DNA from: the human T2T-CHM13v2.0 reference genome, Homo sapiens
DNA length: 64,000 nt
Assembly: GCF_009914755.1 (NCBI RefSeq)
Contig: NC_060936.1
Reading direction: 5' to 3' (one strand)
This document shows, in pieces, positions 13,407 through 27,472 of the stretch. A program made the position numbers and the translations under genes. Positions within the stretch are counted from its first letter, which is position 1, and each line of letters opens with the position of its first letter. A model generated the notes under the pieces. It was not told the DNA's origin. It saw only the letters and a list, made by a program, of their open reading frames with translations, and made no database searches.

Positions 13407-14861
13407 TTTTTTTTTTACTTTTATTTTAAGTTCAAAGGTACATGTGCAAGTTTGTTATATAAGTAAACCTGTGTCATGGGGGTTTGTTGTACAGATTATT
13501 TTGTCTCCCAGGTATTAAGCCTAGTACCCAATAGTTTTTTTTTTCTGATCTTCTCCCTCCACCCTCAAGTAGCCCCAGTGTCTGTTGTCCCTTTCCATGT
13601 GTCCATGTGTTCTCATCATTTATCTCCTGCTTACAGGTGAATAGCAGTATTTGGTTTTCTGTTCCTGCATTAGTTTGCTAAGAATAATAACCTCCAGCTC
13701 CATACATGTTCCTGCAAAGGCCAAGATCTCATTACATTTTATGGCAGCATAGTATTCCATGATGTATTTGTATCATATTTTCTTTATCCAGTCGGTCACT
13801 GATGGGCATTTAGATTTATTCCATGTCTTTGCTATTGTGAATAGTGCTGCAATGAACATATGTGTGCATGTGTCTTTATGATAGAATAATTTATATCCTT
13901 TTGGGTATATACCCAGTAATGGGATTGCTGGGTCAAATGGTAGTACTGTTTTTAGCTCTTTGAGGAATCACCACACTGCTTTCCACAATGGTTGAAGTAA
14001 TTTACACTCCCACCAACAGTATGTAAGTGTTCTTTTTTCTCTGTAACCTCACCAGCATCTGTTATTTTTTGACTTTTTAATAATAGACATAGTGACTGGC
14101 ATAAGATGGTATCTCATTGTGGTTTTGATTTGTATTTCTCTAATGATCAGTGATATTGAGCTTTTTTCCTGTTTCTTGGCCACATTTATGTCTCCTTTGG
14201 AAAGTGTCTGTTCATGTTTTTTGCCCACTTTTTAATAGAGTGGGTTGTTTGTTTTTTCTTGAAAATTTATTTAAGTTCCTTATAGATGCTGAATAGTAGA
14301 CCTTTGTCAGATGCATAGTTTACAAAAATTTTCTCTCATTCTATAGGTTGTCTGTTTATTCTGTTGATAGTTTCTTTTGTTGTGCAGAAGCTCTTTAGTT
14401 TGATTAGATTCCATTTGTCAATTTTTGCTTTTGTTGTAATTACTTTTAGTGTCTTCCTCATGAAATCTTTGTCCTTTCCTGTGTCTAGAATGGTATTGCC
14501 TACTTTATCTTCCAGGGTTTTTAGAGTTTTAGGTTTTACACTTAAGACTTTAATCTATCTTGAGTTGATCTTCATACATGGTGTAAAGAAGGGGTCCAGT
14601 TTCAATCCTCTGCATATGGCTAAGCAGTTAGTCTGGCACCATTTATTGAATAGGAAATCCTTTCCCCATTGCTTTAGTCAGGTTTATTAAAGATCAGATG
14701 GTTGTAGGTGTGCAGCCTTATTTCCGTATTTTCTATTCATTCCATTGTTCCATGTTTCTCTTTTTATACCAGCATCATGCTCTTTTGGTTATTGTATCCC
14801 TATAGTTTAGTTTGAAGTCAGGTAGTGTGATGCCTCCAACTTTGTTCTTTTTGCTTAGGAT
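13407..14861 (-). mobile_element. 5'-truncated L1PA (approx. L1PA13-15)
   Basis: Poly-T, then ttttattttaagttc...gtcatgggggtttgttgtacag, then antisense ORF2 3' sequence. Confidence 0.92.
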
Positions 14862-15905
14862 ATGGACATTTTAAGACATAGAAAAGATGAAAGAATTTAT
14901 CACCAGCAGACCTGAATAAGAAATGATAACAGAAGTGTTCAGAAAGAAGGCCAATGAGAACAGATGAAAATATGAATTCTTGCAAAGGTCTATGAGCAAC
15001 TATAAATGGTAATTATGCTAGTATACATATAAGGCCTTTTTCTTACTATATAAATCTCTTTATGATGTAATGGATTATTTAAATAAAATAATAATGTAAT
15101 GGAGATGTTAGTAGAAGTAAATTGTATGAAAACAAGGTCAAGAGAGAAGTCATGGAAAAACATTACTGTATGGCTTTTATAATAAATATGAAGTGATATA
15201 GTATCATTTGAATATAGACTGTGATTAAATTGAAGATATAGGCCTTAAGCCCTAAATCAATCACTAAAATAATGTAACAAAATGTTAAATGTAATATGCC
15301 AATAAATAAGATAATTTGAAATTATAAGAAATTATTAACTAAAATTAGAAATTTAAAAAGAGAAAAAGAAAACAAAGGACAGATGAAACAATGTCTACAT
15401 ATAAAAGATGATAGATTTAAATCTAATTATATCGATAATTGCATTAACTGTAAATTGTTTAAGCACTCTAATCAAAAGGCAGTGATTAACAGATTGGACT
15501 AAAAAAATCAAGACTCAAGTATATTTTGCCTCCAAAAATCCAGCTTTAAATGTAGATACAAAGATGTTAAAAGTAAAATGATGGAGAATGATACAGGATG
15601 CAAGCAGGAAACATAAGAAGTTGAATTGCCTATGTTAACATCAAACAAATTAGATTCCAAAGCCAAGAATAGTACTGCATAAAATGAGATATTTCATAAT
15701 GATGAATGAGCCAATCTATCAAGAAAAACTCATTATCCTAAATATTTATTCATTCAGTTAAAGAGCTTCAAAACATATATACCAACAATTGTTAGAATTT
15801 CAGGGAGAAATTATATTCACAGATTTCAATACCTTCCCCTGTATAATTGATTAAACAAGTAAATAGAATATTAATAAAAATAAAGATAAAAAGACTGAAT
15901 AACAC

Positions 15906-18213
15906 TGTATTAGTCCGTTTTCACACTGCTGATAGACATACCCAAGACTGGGCAATTTACAAAGGAAAGGGGTTTATTGGACTGACAGTTCCACGTGGCT
16001 GAGGAGGCTTCACAATCATGGTGAAAGGTGAAAGGCAAGGAGGAGCAAGTCACGTCTTACATGGATGGTGGCAGGCAAAGAGAGTTTGTGCATGGAAACT
16101 GTCATTTTTAAAACCATCACATCTTGTGAGACTTATTCACTATCATGAGAACAGCGAAGAAAAGACCCGTTGCCATAATTCAATCACTTCCCACTGAGTT
16201 CCTCCCAGGACACATGGGATTTGTGGAAGTTACAATTCAAAATGAGATTTGGATGGGGACAGAGTCAAACCATATCATTCTGCCCCTGGCCCCTCACATA
16301 TCTCATGTCCTCACATTTCAAAACCAATAATGCCTTCCCAACAGTCCCCCAAAGTCTTAACTCATTTCAGCATTTATTCAAAAGTCCACCATCCAACATC
16401 CTATCTGAGACAAGGCAAGTCCCTTCCACCCATAAGCCTGTAAAATCGAAAGCAAGTTAGTTACTTCCTAGATACAATAAGGGTACAGGCATTGGGTAAA
16501 TACAGCCATTCCAAATGGGACAAATTTGCCAAAACAAAGAGACTACAGGCCCCATGCAAGTCTGAAATCCAGTAGAGCAGTCACATCTGAAAACTCCAAA
16601 ATGATCTCCTTTGTCTCCATGTCTCACATCCAGGTAACGCTAATGCAAGCAGTGGGCTCCCACAGCCTTGGGCAGCTCTGCCCTGTGGCTTTGCAGGGTA
16701 CAGCTCCATTCCTGGCTGCTTTCATGGGCTGGTGTTGGGTGTCTGCAGCTGTTCCAGGCACACAGTACAAGCTGTTGATGGTTCTACCATTCTGGGGTTT
16801 GGAGGATGGTGACCCTCTTCTCACAGCTCCACTAGGTGGTACCCCAGTAGGGGTACATTTCCCTTCTGCATTGCCCTAGCAGAGGTTCTCCATGAGGGTC
16901 CTGCCCCTTCAGCAAACTTCTACGTGGACATCCAGGCATTTCCATACATCCTCTGAATTTTAGGCAGAGATTCCCAAACCTCAATTCTTGACTTCTGTGC
17001 ACCCGCAGGCTCAACACCATGTGGATCTGCCAAGGCTTGGGGCATGCACCCTTTGAAGCCATGACCTGAGCTGTACCTTGTCCCCATTTAGTCATGCCTG
17101 GAGAGGCTGGGACTGACAGCACCAAGTCCCTAGACTGCACACAGCACAGGGATGCTGGGCTTGGCCCATGAAACCATTTTTTTCCTCCTAGGCCTCCAAG
17201 CCTGTGATGGGTGAGGCTGTTGTGAAGACCTCTGACATGCCCTGGAGACATTTTCCCCATTGTCTTGGTGATCTACATTCAACTTCTTCTTACTTAGGTA
17301 AATTTCTGCAGCTGGCTTGAATTTCTCCTCAGAAAATGGGATTTTCTTTTCTACCACATTGTAAGGCTGCAAATTTTTCAAACTTGTATACTCTGTTTTC
17401 TTTATAAAGCTCAATGCCTTTAACACTACTCAAGTCACCTCTTGAATGCTTTGCTGTTTAGAAATGTCTTCTGCCAGATACTCTAAATTATCTCTGTCAA
17501 GTTAAAAGTTCCACAAATCTCTAGGGCAGGGGCAAAATACCACTAGTCTCTTTGCTAAAACATAACAAGAGTCATCTTTGCTTCAGTTCCCAACAAGTTC
17601 CTCATCTTTATCTGAGACCACCTTAGCCTAGACCTTATTGTACATATCACTATCAGCATTTTTGTCAAAGCCATTCAACAAGTCTCTAGGAAGTTCCAAA
17701 CTTTCCCACATTTTCCTCTCTTCTGAGCCCTCTAAACTGTTCCAACCTCTGTCTGTTACCCAGTTCCCAAAGCCACTTCTGCATTTTTGGGTATCTTTTC
17801 AGCAACACCCCACTCTACTGGTACCAATTTACTGTACTAGTCTATTTTCATGTTCCTGATAAAGACATACATGAGACTGGGCAATTTACAAAAGAAAAAG
17901 GTTTATTGGACTTACAGTTCCACATGGCTGGGAGGCCTCACAATCATGACAGATGGTGAAAGGCAAGGGCAAGGAGGAGCAAGTCACGTCTTACATATAT
18001 GATGGCAGGCAAAGGGAGAGTTTGTGCATGGAAACTCCTGTTTTTAAAACCATCAGATCTTGTGAGACTCATTCACTATCATGAGAACAGAGCAGGAAAG
18101 ACCCGCCCCCATAATTCCATCACCTCGTATGGGGTTCTTCCCGCAACACGTGAGAATTGTGGGAGTTACAATTAAAGATGAGATTTGAGTGGGGACACAG
18201 CCAAACCACATCA
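15906..18213 (-). mobile_element. Complete THE1 (THE1B-like) MaLR provirus: LTR 15906-16277, internal 16278-17832, LTR 17833-18213
   Basis: Two homologous ~375-bp LTRs (tgta..agtc...aaacca.atca), THE1 internal region, perfect TSD AACAC at 15901-15905 and 18214-18218. Confidence 0.95.
16176..16186 (+). promoter_or_regulatory. DUX4 consensus motif in THE1 LTR
   Basis: TAATTCAATCA matches TAAYYYAATCA; motif match only. Confidence 0.5.
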
Positions 18214-18397
18214 AACACTATCAACCAACTTGATCTAATTGACATTTATAGAAATGTCACCAAGAGCAGAAGACACATTCTTTTCAAAAGCACACTATTA
18301 GAGTGACTAAAATTTAAAGACTGAGCATACCATGTGTCAACAAGGATATAGAAAACCAGAAATCTGATGATTGTATATTCCTATCATCAGATTCTAG

Positions 18398-18755
<358 letters not shown>

Positions 18756-19864
18756 CAGTTAAGCAGTTTTTATAAAGAATTAACCATACAACTATCATAT
18801 AATCCAGCTATTCCAAAAAAACTTGAAAGAATAAACTGTGGTATATCCATTCAGTGGTATGTTACAATAAAAAGCAAGGAATTGTTGACATATGCTGCAA
18901 CATGGATCAATCTCAAAGTAATTATGCTGAGTGAAAGAAGCTGAAAGAAGAAAAGAGTACGTGTTACATAATTCCATTAATATAGAATTCCACCAAATGC
19001 AAACTAATATATATTCACAAAAAGCAAATTAATCAGTGTCTGGGAATGGGGTTGGGGATGAAAGCTGAAAATGAAAATGAGGGAAGGGGGAATTTTTGTT
19101 CTTGGGCATACTTTTTTATTTATAAAACATCTAGGTCAGTGCCTGGTATGTAAAATCTCACAATGTATTTTTACTTTCCTTTATTAGCTTTGTGACTTTA
19201 GACAGGTCACTTAATCTGTCTCAGTTTTTCATCTATAAAACAGGATAAAACCCATTTCATAGATTTCTTGTGAAAATCCATTGAAATATGGATACAAAGT
19301 ACTTTGATATATTTTAAAGCTTATAAATATTACTCATAATTCTACAACCACTGATACACAAATAAATATTAGAATTCACAGAGCATTTTCTCTTCCACAA
19401 CTTGCAGTGCCTGGGTTGTATACTGTTGGGTATTTCCTAAATGAGTCCATGATATCATTTGATCCTTTTGTCAACATTTTGAGTTTAGCATGGTAGCTGT
19501 CACCTTTTAAATGATTTGCCTAATTTTATATGTCTAGTTGATCTTATGTCATTTATCTACTTCTACCACTTATAATGTCATAAAGTCTAAGTTTTATTCT
19601 CATTAAAAATAAAACAATATTGCAAGGCAGATAATTAAACAATTTATAATAATAATTACTGACGGAAGGCACCTTTTTTCGTTGGCATTGCCCTACCTAT
19701 TATGTTTTTCATGTATTCGTAGAACAAATATTCATTGAGCATCCACCAGCATCTAGATATGGGAAACATGGCAATAAGCAAGACAGAAATAAATCCCTCC
19801 CCGTATAGAGTTTACATTGAAAGTATAAATAGTTTAATTGCAGAAATCTTAAAAAAAAATTCTC

Positions 19865-20171
<307 letters not shown>

Positions 20172-21939
20172 CCTCAAAACTAAAGAGTAATAGAGTAATT
20201 AACAATGAGAAGAAGAAGAAAAAACTAATAACAAGTGATACAGTTGAAAACAGGAATTTAATTTTTTATTGTTAATAAAATATGTTTCCTATTTTTGTTA
20301 TAGCCCTTAAAAATCACATTTTTGAATTTGTGTAGTGGATATCTAAATCATGAATGTTTGCTTCTCTCTATACAATGCAGGGGGATATCACCACTTCTAC
20401 TCTGTGCCTGAAAACATTAATGAGTATTTAAGGAAATGGGTAGTGATTTGGTAGCTTTAATTCGTATTTATTCTTAGAATATTGTTTCTTCTGGCCTTAA
20501 AATATTGAATACACATTTTAATAGTCACTTCATACAGACGAACTGCCCGATATCAGCTGTCGTAGATTCTATTTTCCTTATTTATCCAGACACTTAATAG
20601 GAGGTGTGAATTTGATATTCCTTAGAAACAGTTGTTCATTTAACTTATTCACCCCTTCAGGGAAAGACATCAATTTTTATTGTCATATATAAATGCCATT
20701 CAGACATCAGTACATGTCTTCATTTTCAGAAACAGTAAACCATAAATAGAATAAGTGGTTCTGATATTTCCTGTATTGATGTTTTAAAATGCACAAGGGT
20801 AATCTTTCTAAAAGGTAAATTCAATCAGGTAAATCCCTGAAATCTGAATATCCAGGAAGCTCATTCACTCATTAAAACAAAAATGCGTTTATGATACAAG
20901 TCACTAACATAAAAGTCACAACCTTTGCTTATGCTATGACAAATACAAAGACAACAGACAGATAAGTGATATTCTTATCTTCAACAAACTCATAATCTAC
21001 TAGGGTTTTCAAGATATCTCTGTTAAAAGTATTCTAAAAGGTCAGTAGGAAGGTAATAGCAATAAACAAGGTATGATCAAACGCTTTAATAATTTAGAAA
21101 AGCTAATGTGCACTAGTGGATTTAAAGATGATATGGTACTATATATAGGTGGCATTTGCATTGAACTATTATAGGTCAACCATGAACAGACAGAGATCAT
21201 GAAGAACATTAAAGTTAAGGAGAAAGCAATCATATTTAGAGATGAACATTTGAGGAAGGGTAATTAGTTTCTCTATGTCTCGAATACAAAATGGTTTTAG
21301 ACTTATCTACAATATCATGATTTATGACAAACCAGGAAACATTATCTTCAAAGTACCTGAGATGAAGTTACAAATAATCCTTTACCAAAAAATAGCTAAC
21401 AATAGGTCATAAATCAGTTGGAAACCCCCTTAGATCATTTTACTGTTCTCAGGCATGATTTCCTCAGTCTAACCACATATAGTGATGGACTTTAAGACAG
21501 CAAGGACCAGTGTTAAAATACGAAAGAAATTGGAAGCTGGTTATTAAAATAAAGAACTAAACCCTTTTCTCCAAGATCTATTATTCCCTGAATAAATGAC
21601 TTGAGAAATTTTCAATTAAATAAGACTTCTGTCTCTAAAAGTGCATTTCACAAGAAAATATTTTTTTCTAATCTCATATTTCCTAAAAGAAGGAACCATA
21701 TGATCTCCTGCCAAGTCTCTAATGCAAGTCCATACCAATGGTCAGTTCCAAATGGGGTAATAAAACTTAAAAAGTTGAACATAGGAACATATCTTTTCAC
21801 AATTGTCACATACATTTCCTTTCCCTTTAAATTTTATACCATTCTTCTTTCAGCCATTAATCTTTTCTTGTAAATATGAAACCACCTTTAATTGTAAAAT
21901 ATAAATCATCAAATAGGAGTTCCTTCATTTTTCATCAAC

Positions 21940-22420
21940 AAATCTATAAACTTACCTGTATCTGAATCAGTCTTCTTGAAGTTTTTAATCTAATTGTCAC
22001 TGACAGTAGCAAAGGCTAATACTGATTTGTGTCCTGTGTCCCATTGCCTCTCAATTTTTAAAGAACTTTATTCCAATTGTTATACCCTTTTTCTCTTGAG
22101 TCTGTAATCTATCCCTTTTTAATCTATTCCTGTCAACATTCACCCAATCTCTAATACCTTTAGAAAAAAAAAAAAAGTCTTCTCTTGATCTCACATCTCT
22201 CTCCAGTTGTTGTACTATTTCTCTGCTCCCTTGAATTTCCAAGCTTTTTTGGGGAAAAAGGTAGGGGTGTCTACATGTAGCTAATTTATTTCTTTATTTC
22301 TCGTTTACTCTTTGATATTCCCATCCAACCTCTGATATAATCTCCATTTGTCAAAGGCAATGAAAACTTTCCTCTCATCAGCAGTCATCCCAGTTGATCA
22401 CTCTTTCCTTCAAACACATT
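21940..22420 (+). mobile_element. L2 body relic
   Basis: Pyrimidine-rich L2-like motifs (ctcttgatctcacatctctctccag..tttctctgctcccttg; gttgatcactc). Confidence 0.5.
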
Positions 22421-25134
22421 CATTCCACTCTATTCCCAATACACACCCTGCTTCCTCCTCTGCCACCCCAAACCAATATTCTTTTTCCCCCACTCCCAGT
22501 TGTATTATCTTAGATTCCTTTCCTGTCTCGTTTTGTCATTATCTCTCTGCTAAAGGTCCAGGGACAGGTTGAAAATGCATGGTTTTCATAATTTCTCTTT
22601 TAATAAGATACTAAAATGCCTAAAATATTAATGAGGCTACATGATTGACTATACTCCACAATCTGGACAAGTCTATAGCTTGGGTTCATAATACTTCCTA
22701 AAAGCCAGATAAATTATTTAGTTACAGAATATATTTTCTCAAATTCAGGTAATATTCATTCAGTTTTTTATTCAATAAGTATTATTCATCACTTACCATG
22801 TGTCAAGCATTGTTACAGATCCTAGGGATAAAACAGTAACCAAGATAGACAAGATACCTGCCTTCGTGGAGCATGAGAGTAAAGGCAGGAAGGGAGGATT
22901 GTGGATGTTATACAGAGTTAAGAGCATTATCACAATGGATTAAATGCTAGATTTTCATCAACTCATGTTATAGAGATTCTAAACTCCAGAATAACCTACC
23001 ATTTTTTTTCCTAGAAATATATGCAAAGACAAGACCTACTTGACCTTGCTATGTCTCTGTACCTCAAGATATTCTTATAGTAAAAAAGCTGAGGGGAAAT
23101 TCTGCACATTTTAAGATCTACCCTTTTAGACAGACTTGTGAAAAATAGGACCTCATGTTTGAGAATAAGCATCATAAATGGATAATTAATTACATTAAAA
23201 TTAGCTGGCAGTTAAAGATGCAGTCCAACCGCCACGATCAGTCCCCCACCCCATTTTCTGCCAAAAATAAAGGTAAGTCATTCTGATAATGACAATTTTA
23301 GAAACAACTCATACAAAAATGTCTGTACCTCATTGCACAGTGTCTACAGAACCAGGTGCTATAAGAGTTTATTAGGAGGAGTGACAGCGCGTGTTTCTTC
23401 AGCACTTATGGAGGAGAGTCGCACACCTATGTTCAGAACTTGGGGCTTGTAGTGCATATATGAATGGCATGATATATTCCAAATCACAGAACATCGCTTA
23501 TTTTAATAAGCTAAAATATCATTTAGTACAAAATTTAAGAAGCTCTTCTTCATGTGAATCTGGCTAGACCTCTTCATCTTTCTTTGCCTCTCTTTTCTCA
23601 TTGATAAAATATGGCTAGTAATGTTCACTCTATCTAACTGATCAGATTGCATTGAGATAATTATGGGATAAGGGTTACGAGTTCATATTAAATTAAAAAT
23701 ACATTAAAATATGGTTTACAACTATGATCATTGCTATAATCACAAGTGTTAAAATAATAGTACATGCTTTCCAGATTAAATGATTTTTATTTCTTCAAAA
23801 ATGTCTTTCATTTATACTTTCTTATTGTTTTTATACATGTGAAAACTGCCTCAAATCCTTTGTTATAAGGCATTTTAAATGTTGAAAATTCAAGTCTGAG
23901 CAGCTAATTTGAACATGAACATATGGTAGAAAGCAAAAGTTTATTCAATATACCTATTTGATTGAGTTTTTAACTAAAAACAGTCAAGATAGTGGAGTTA
24001 CATAGCCCTAGTCTAAATGATATTAGATCTCTTTAAAAGATGTTTTTCGGTGAATTTGACAAATAGCAATTACTAAACACAACACCAACAGTGATAAATA
24101 TTCCAATTTCAACCTGTCAAAAACGAACTGAAGACTAAAAGGAAACACATGATAGGAAACATCTGTTCCTTTCTCAGACCTGCTGAGAGATGATGAGGAT
24201 ACACCTTATGACAATATATAAATAATAAAATAAAATTTCAAAAGTCAGTTTATTTGTTTTTTCACATTACCTCTTTGAACTGAAGAGAGAATATGTACTG
24301 TAAAAAATGGAGAGATATGTGTCTTAGTGCTTAATACACACTAAAATAAACTTTGAATAATTTCATCTCCATATTTTAATAAGGAGCAGATTAATGAGAG
24401 CTTAAGTTAGAACTTTAAAGACAAAGGAATTGCCAAGGTATATCTATTATGAATAAGATTCTAACCCCCTTTCTGATGACTTGTTTATGTTTAATATTAG
24501 AAAACATTTCATTTATAAAGTAAACTTAAGAGTTAAAAAAATTTTTATTCAAAATTCAGTTATTTTTGGACTGTATTCAAATTAAGAAAGATTAGAATTA
24601 TGAACTAGATGTTTTTCTGCCTCAACAGAGTAAAGGTGCTGAAGGTTTCTATTTCCACACTACCTCCTCTTTTTTTGTGCCATTATTGCTCTTCTGGGGA
24701 TCCAGGTTCTCCTCTCTGTTTTGTGGGAGGTGGCGGGGATAAGGGAGGATTCAATATCACCCTGGGACACTGATAAAGGAGATTGATTACATCGGTGTTT
24801 CTACAGGGAAGGGTTAGACAGCATTCCTGCTTAGCTGTTCAGTAAAAGACACATAGCAATGAATGGAAGTATAGGAATTCTTAGTCTTTACCAGGGATGA
24901 TGTGCTATGCTCACTGAAATGTTGATAGGGTAGTCTTCTGATGCAGATTCAGTTTATACAGGACACAGATTGAGGAACATACTAAGACTGGGAAAGGTTT
25001 ATGGGAATGTTTGAGGATGTGCAAAGTGACAGCAGGCTGAGTCTAGAAAAGTAAATCAATTACCCATAGAACACTAATGGTATTTCATTCTGCAGTATAT
25101 GGAGAGCTGGTGAAGAGCCTTGAATAAGTTAGAC

Positions 25135-25662
25135 TAGCACTGTCCCATTGAAATATAACTCAAGCCAACTAAAAACATTTAAATATTTTAGTAGTTACTA
25201 ATTTAAATATTTATTACTATATATGTTTAGTAGTCGGTAGTTTTAATGCTTGTTAAAAATAGTGAAAAGAAGCAAGGAAACTCAATGTTAATCATAATTA
25301 ACTCAGTATATACAAAAATATTATTATTTGTACATGTAATCAACATAAAATTAATGAGATGTTTTATATTTTTGTACTAAGTTTTTAAACTCTGTTGTGT
25401 TTCTTATCTACAGCCATCTCAATTCCTACGCCAATTTTTTATAAAAAATATGCTTCATATTTAGATATCATAACATTTAAAGTTACAAAAGTAGATTTAT
25501 ATACCTAAGTTGTTCCAGATTCCCAACAACTAAGCTGATGTCAGTTTGTAAACTTACATTTAAACTGACTGAAATTTAAATTTCAGTTTCCAGTGATACT
25601 AGCTTCATTTCAAGGGATGAACAGCAACTTGTGACTGGTGGCTCTCATATTGGACAGTGCAG
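25135..25662. mobile_element. hAT-Charlie non-autonomous transposon (Charlie1b/MER33 family)
   Basis: Terminal inverted repeats gcactgtcc ... ggacagtgc; ~530 bp; gtggctctcatattggacagtgcag end. Confidence 0.7.
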
Positions 25663-26854
25663 CTGTAAACTGAGAAATTTCAACTGGCCAAGACAGCCTT
25701 GGAAAAGAAAGCATTATGAAATGGCAGGCAGATAGAGAAAAGGTCATGATATATAAAGTTTATAAGCTAGATAATCAGATTATGAGTAATTCAGTGGTGA
25801 CTGTCATAAAATTCACTTGCTCGATATTCAGTCCTTTCCATTTGTAGTGACACACAAATCCAGAGTGGAGTATAATTGAGGAAAATTTTCAAAGCTTTTA
25901 AAAAATTCTATTGTAAGAGTACAGAGATATCTTAGATAACTCTTAGATATCATCTAGTCCAATTCATTTTATATTTATGAAACATGTCTAGAAAATACTA
26001 TTCACTTATCCAAAGTCTAAGTTAAGACAAAGGTTGCTGTTAGATCTAGATCCCGAAAATAGTGTTTTTTTCCTATAGTATCAAATAAGATTCGAATATA
26101 ATATTAATATTAAATGAATAACCCACAAATATAATTTTCATTCATTTACCTGAGGCATTTCCCAGTTTTTCAAATTACTGTATTACATTATTACTCAATA
26201 GTAGCTTTGTTATGAAATATCACCTCTATTGGGTAAAAAGTTTAAAAACAAAATTTAAATTAAATGGAAAAAATAAATATAAATTCCTTTAATAACAATA
26301 AGAAGAACACAACTGAAGTTAAAACTTTAGGCTTGAACTTAAACTGAGCCTGATATCAAGTATATGTAAGAAAACTGTTAATTAAAACAATTTTGTCTGA
26401 TAAACATGTGATTCACTGTCTGAACGAATCTAAGTGAGAAATACAAATTCATGTTTGCCTATTTGACTTTGCAGGTGAACTTAGTACCAGTAAGTTGAAT
26501 GCGTACGTGACATACTTGTAATCATTCACCAGTTACTTCCATACCTTGTTTGTTGTAGAATAAAATACTGCAGCAATTTTTTTGTCTTTAGAAAAGAATT
26601 ATAGATGTCTTCAATCTGTGCCAAAGTGAACATGTTCACACATCTCAATTATTGCTCATCGTGGAATATATCTTATGCTATCTACATTATCTCCACAGAC
26701 AAATGAATAAGTTTAGAATTATATAAGTTTAGCATTCTATTTCCCTGTATTCCATTGTAAATAAGTTATTTAAGAGTTACATATGTTGAGTACTTAAGGT
26801 TGTATAGAGTCAGCTATTGAAAGTCAATCCTAGAAACAGACACTAGTTTTGAGT

Positions 26855-27013
26855 TGATACTTCATTTGGCTCTTTTACCCGAAAGATTTATATGAGGACA
26901 AGCAAAGCCTGTTTATTCAGAGCTTGCTCTAGCAAAGGAGGCAGCCACCATCATTTGTGTTTTGGCAGAGACTCAAAGACAAACAGGAGAGTGGAAAAGC
27001 TTTATAGAGAAAA

Positions 27014-27060
<47 letters not shown>

Positions 27061-27472
27061 AGGAAAGGGATGCCTTCAAGTATTCTCTGATTGGAGGCTC
27101 TTGGAATGGGGAAGCTGTAGCTCGGCTAATTAGAAGCAAGGCATCCTTTATGAGTGGTTATGGGTGTATATTTGGCTTTCCCTGTTGGTCTTAAGTTGGA
27201 AGTGGGGACAAAGATTAAGGAAGCTGTCAGTTATTAATCATGTCCAGGCCATTTTAGGACTGATTTTACAGGAACTATTGTTTCTCTTCCTAGATGGTTA
27301 CTAGAGATAGTGGTCTAACTTCCTAAAAGTCTGAATTGTAGATAGCAGAGTGACTCCCTGGGCTGGTTATTGTAGAGAATAAGTTGGTTTGTTGGGCTTG
27401 TTGCTGCAGATTTTTGGTTAGAATTCTAATTTTATATATAGTTTGGCTGTTTTCCTTTGTATGTTCAGTCTT
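26855..27472 (-). mobile_element. ERV solo LTR (subfamily uncertain)
   Basis: tttattcagagcttgc, gattggagg and ctgggctggtt repeats; GC-richer ~600-bp block typical of old ERV LTRs. Confidence 0.55.
27014..27061. repeat. (TAAA)12 microsatellite
   Basis: Perfect tetranucleotide run. Confidence 0.97.

Noticed and set aside
15995-16007. PRDM9 hotspot 13-mer in THE1 LTRs
   Set aside because: Reverse complement CCTCCTCAGCCAC lacks the T at position 7 of CCNCCNTNNCCNC; the other LTR also fails
16526-17426. ORFs within the THE1 internal region
   Set aside because: Fragmented MaLR internal ORF remnants, not an intact gene
23380-23410. REST/RE1-like half-sites (gacagcgc, ttcagcac)
   Set aside because: Half-sites are in reversed order and each is mismatched
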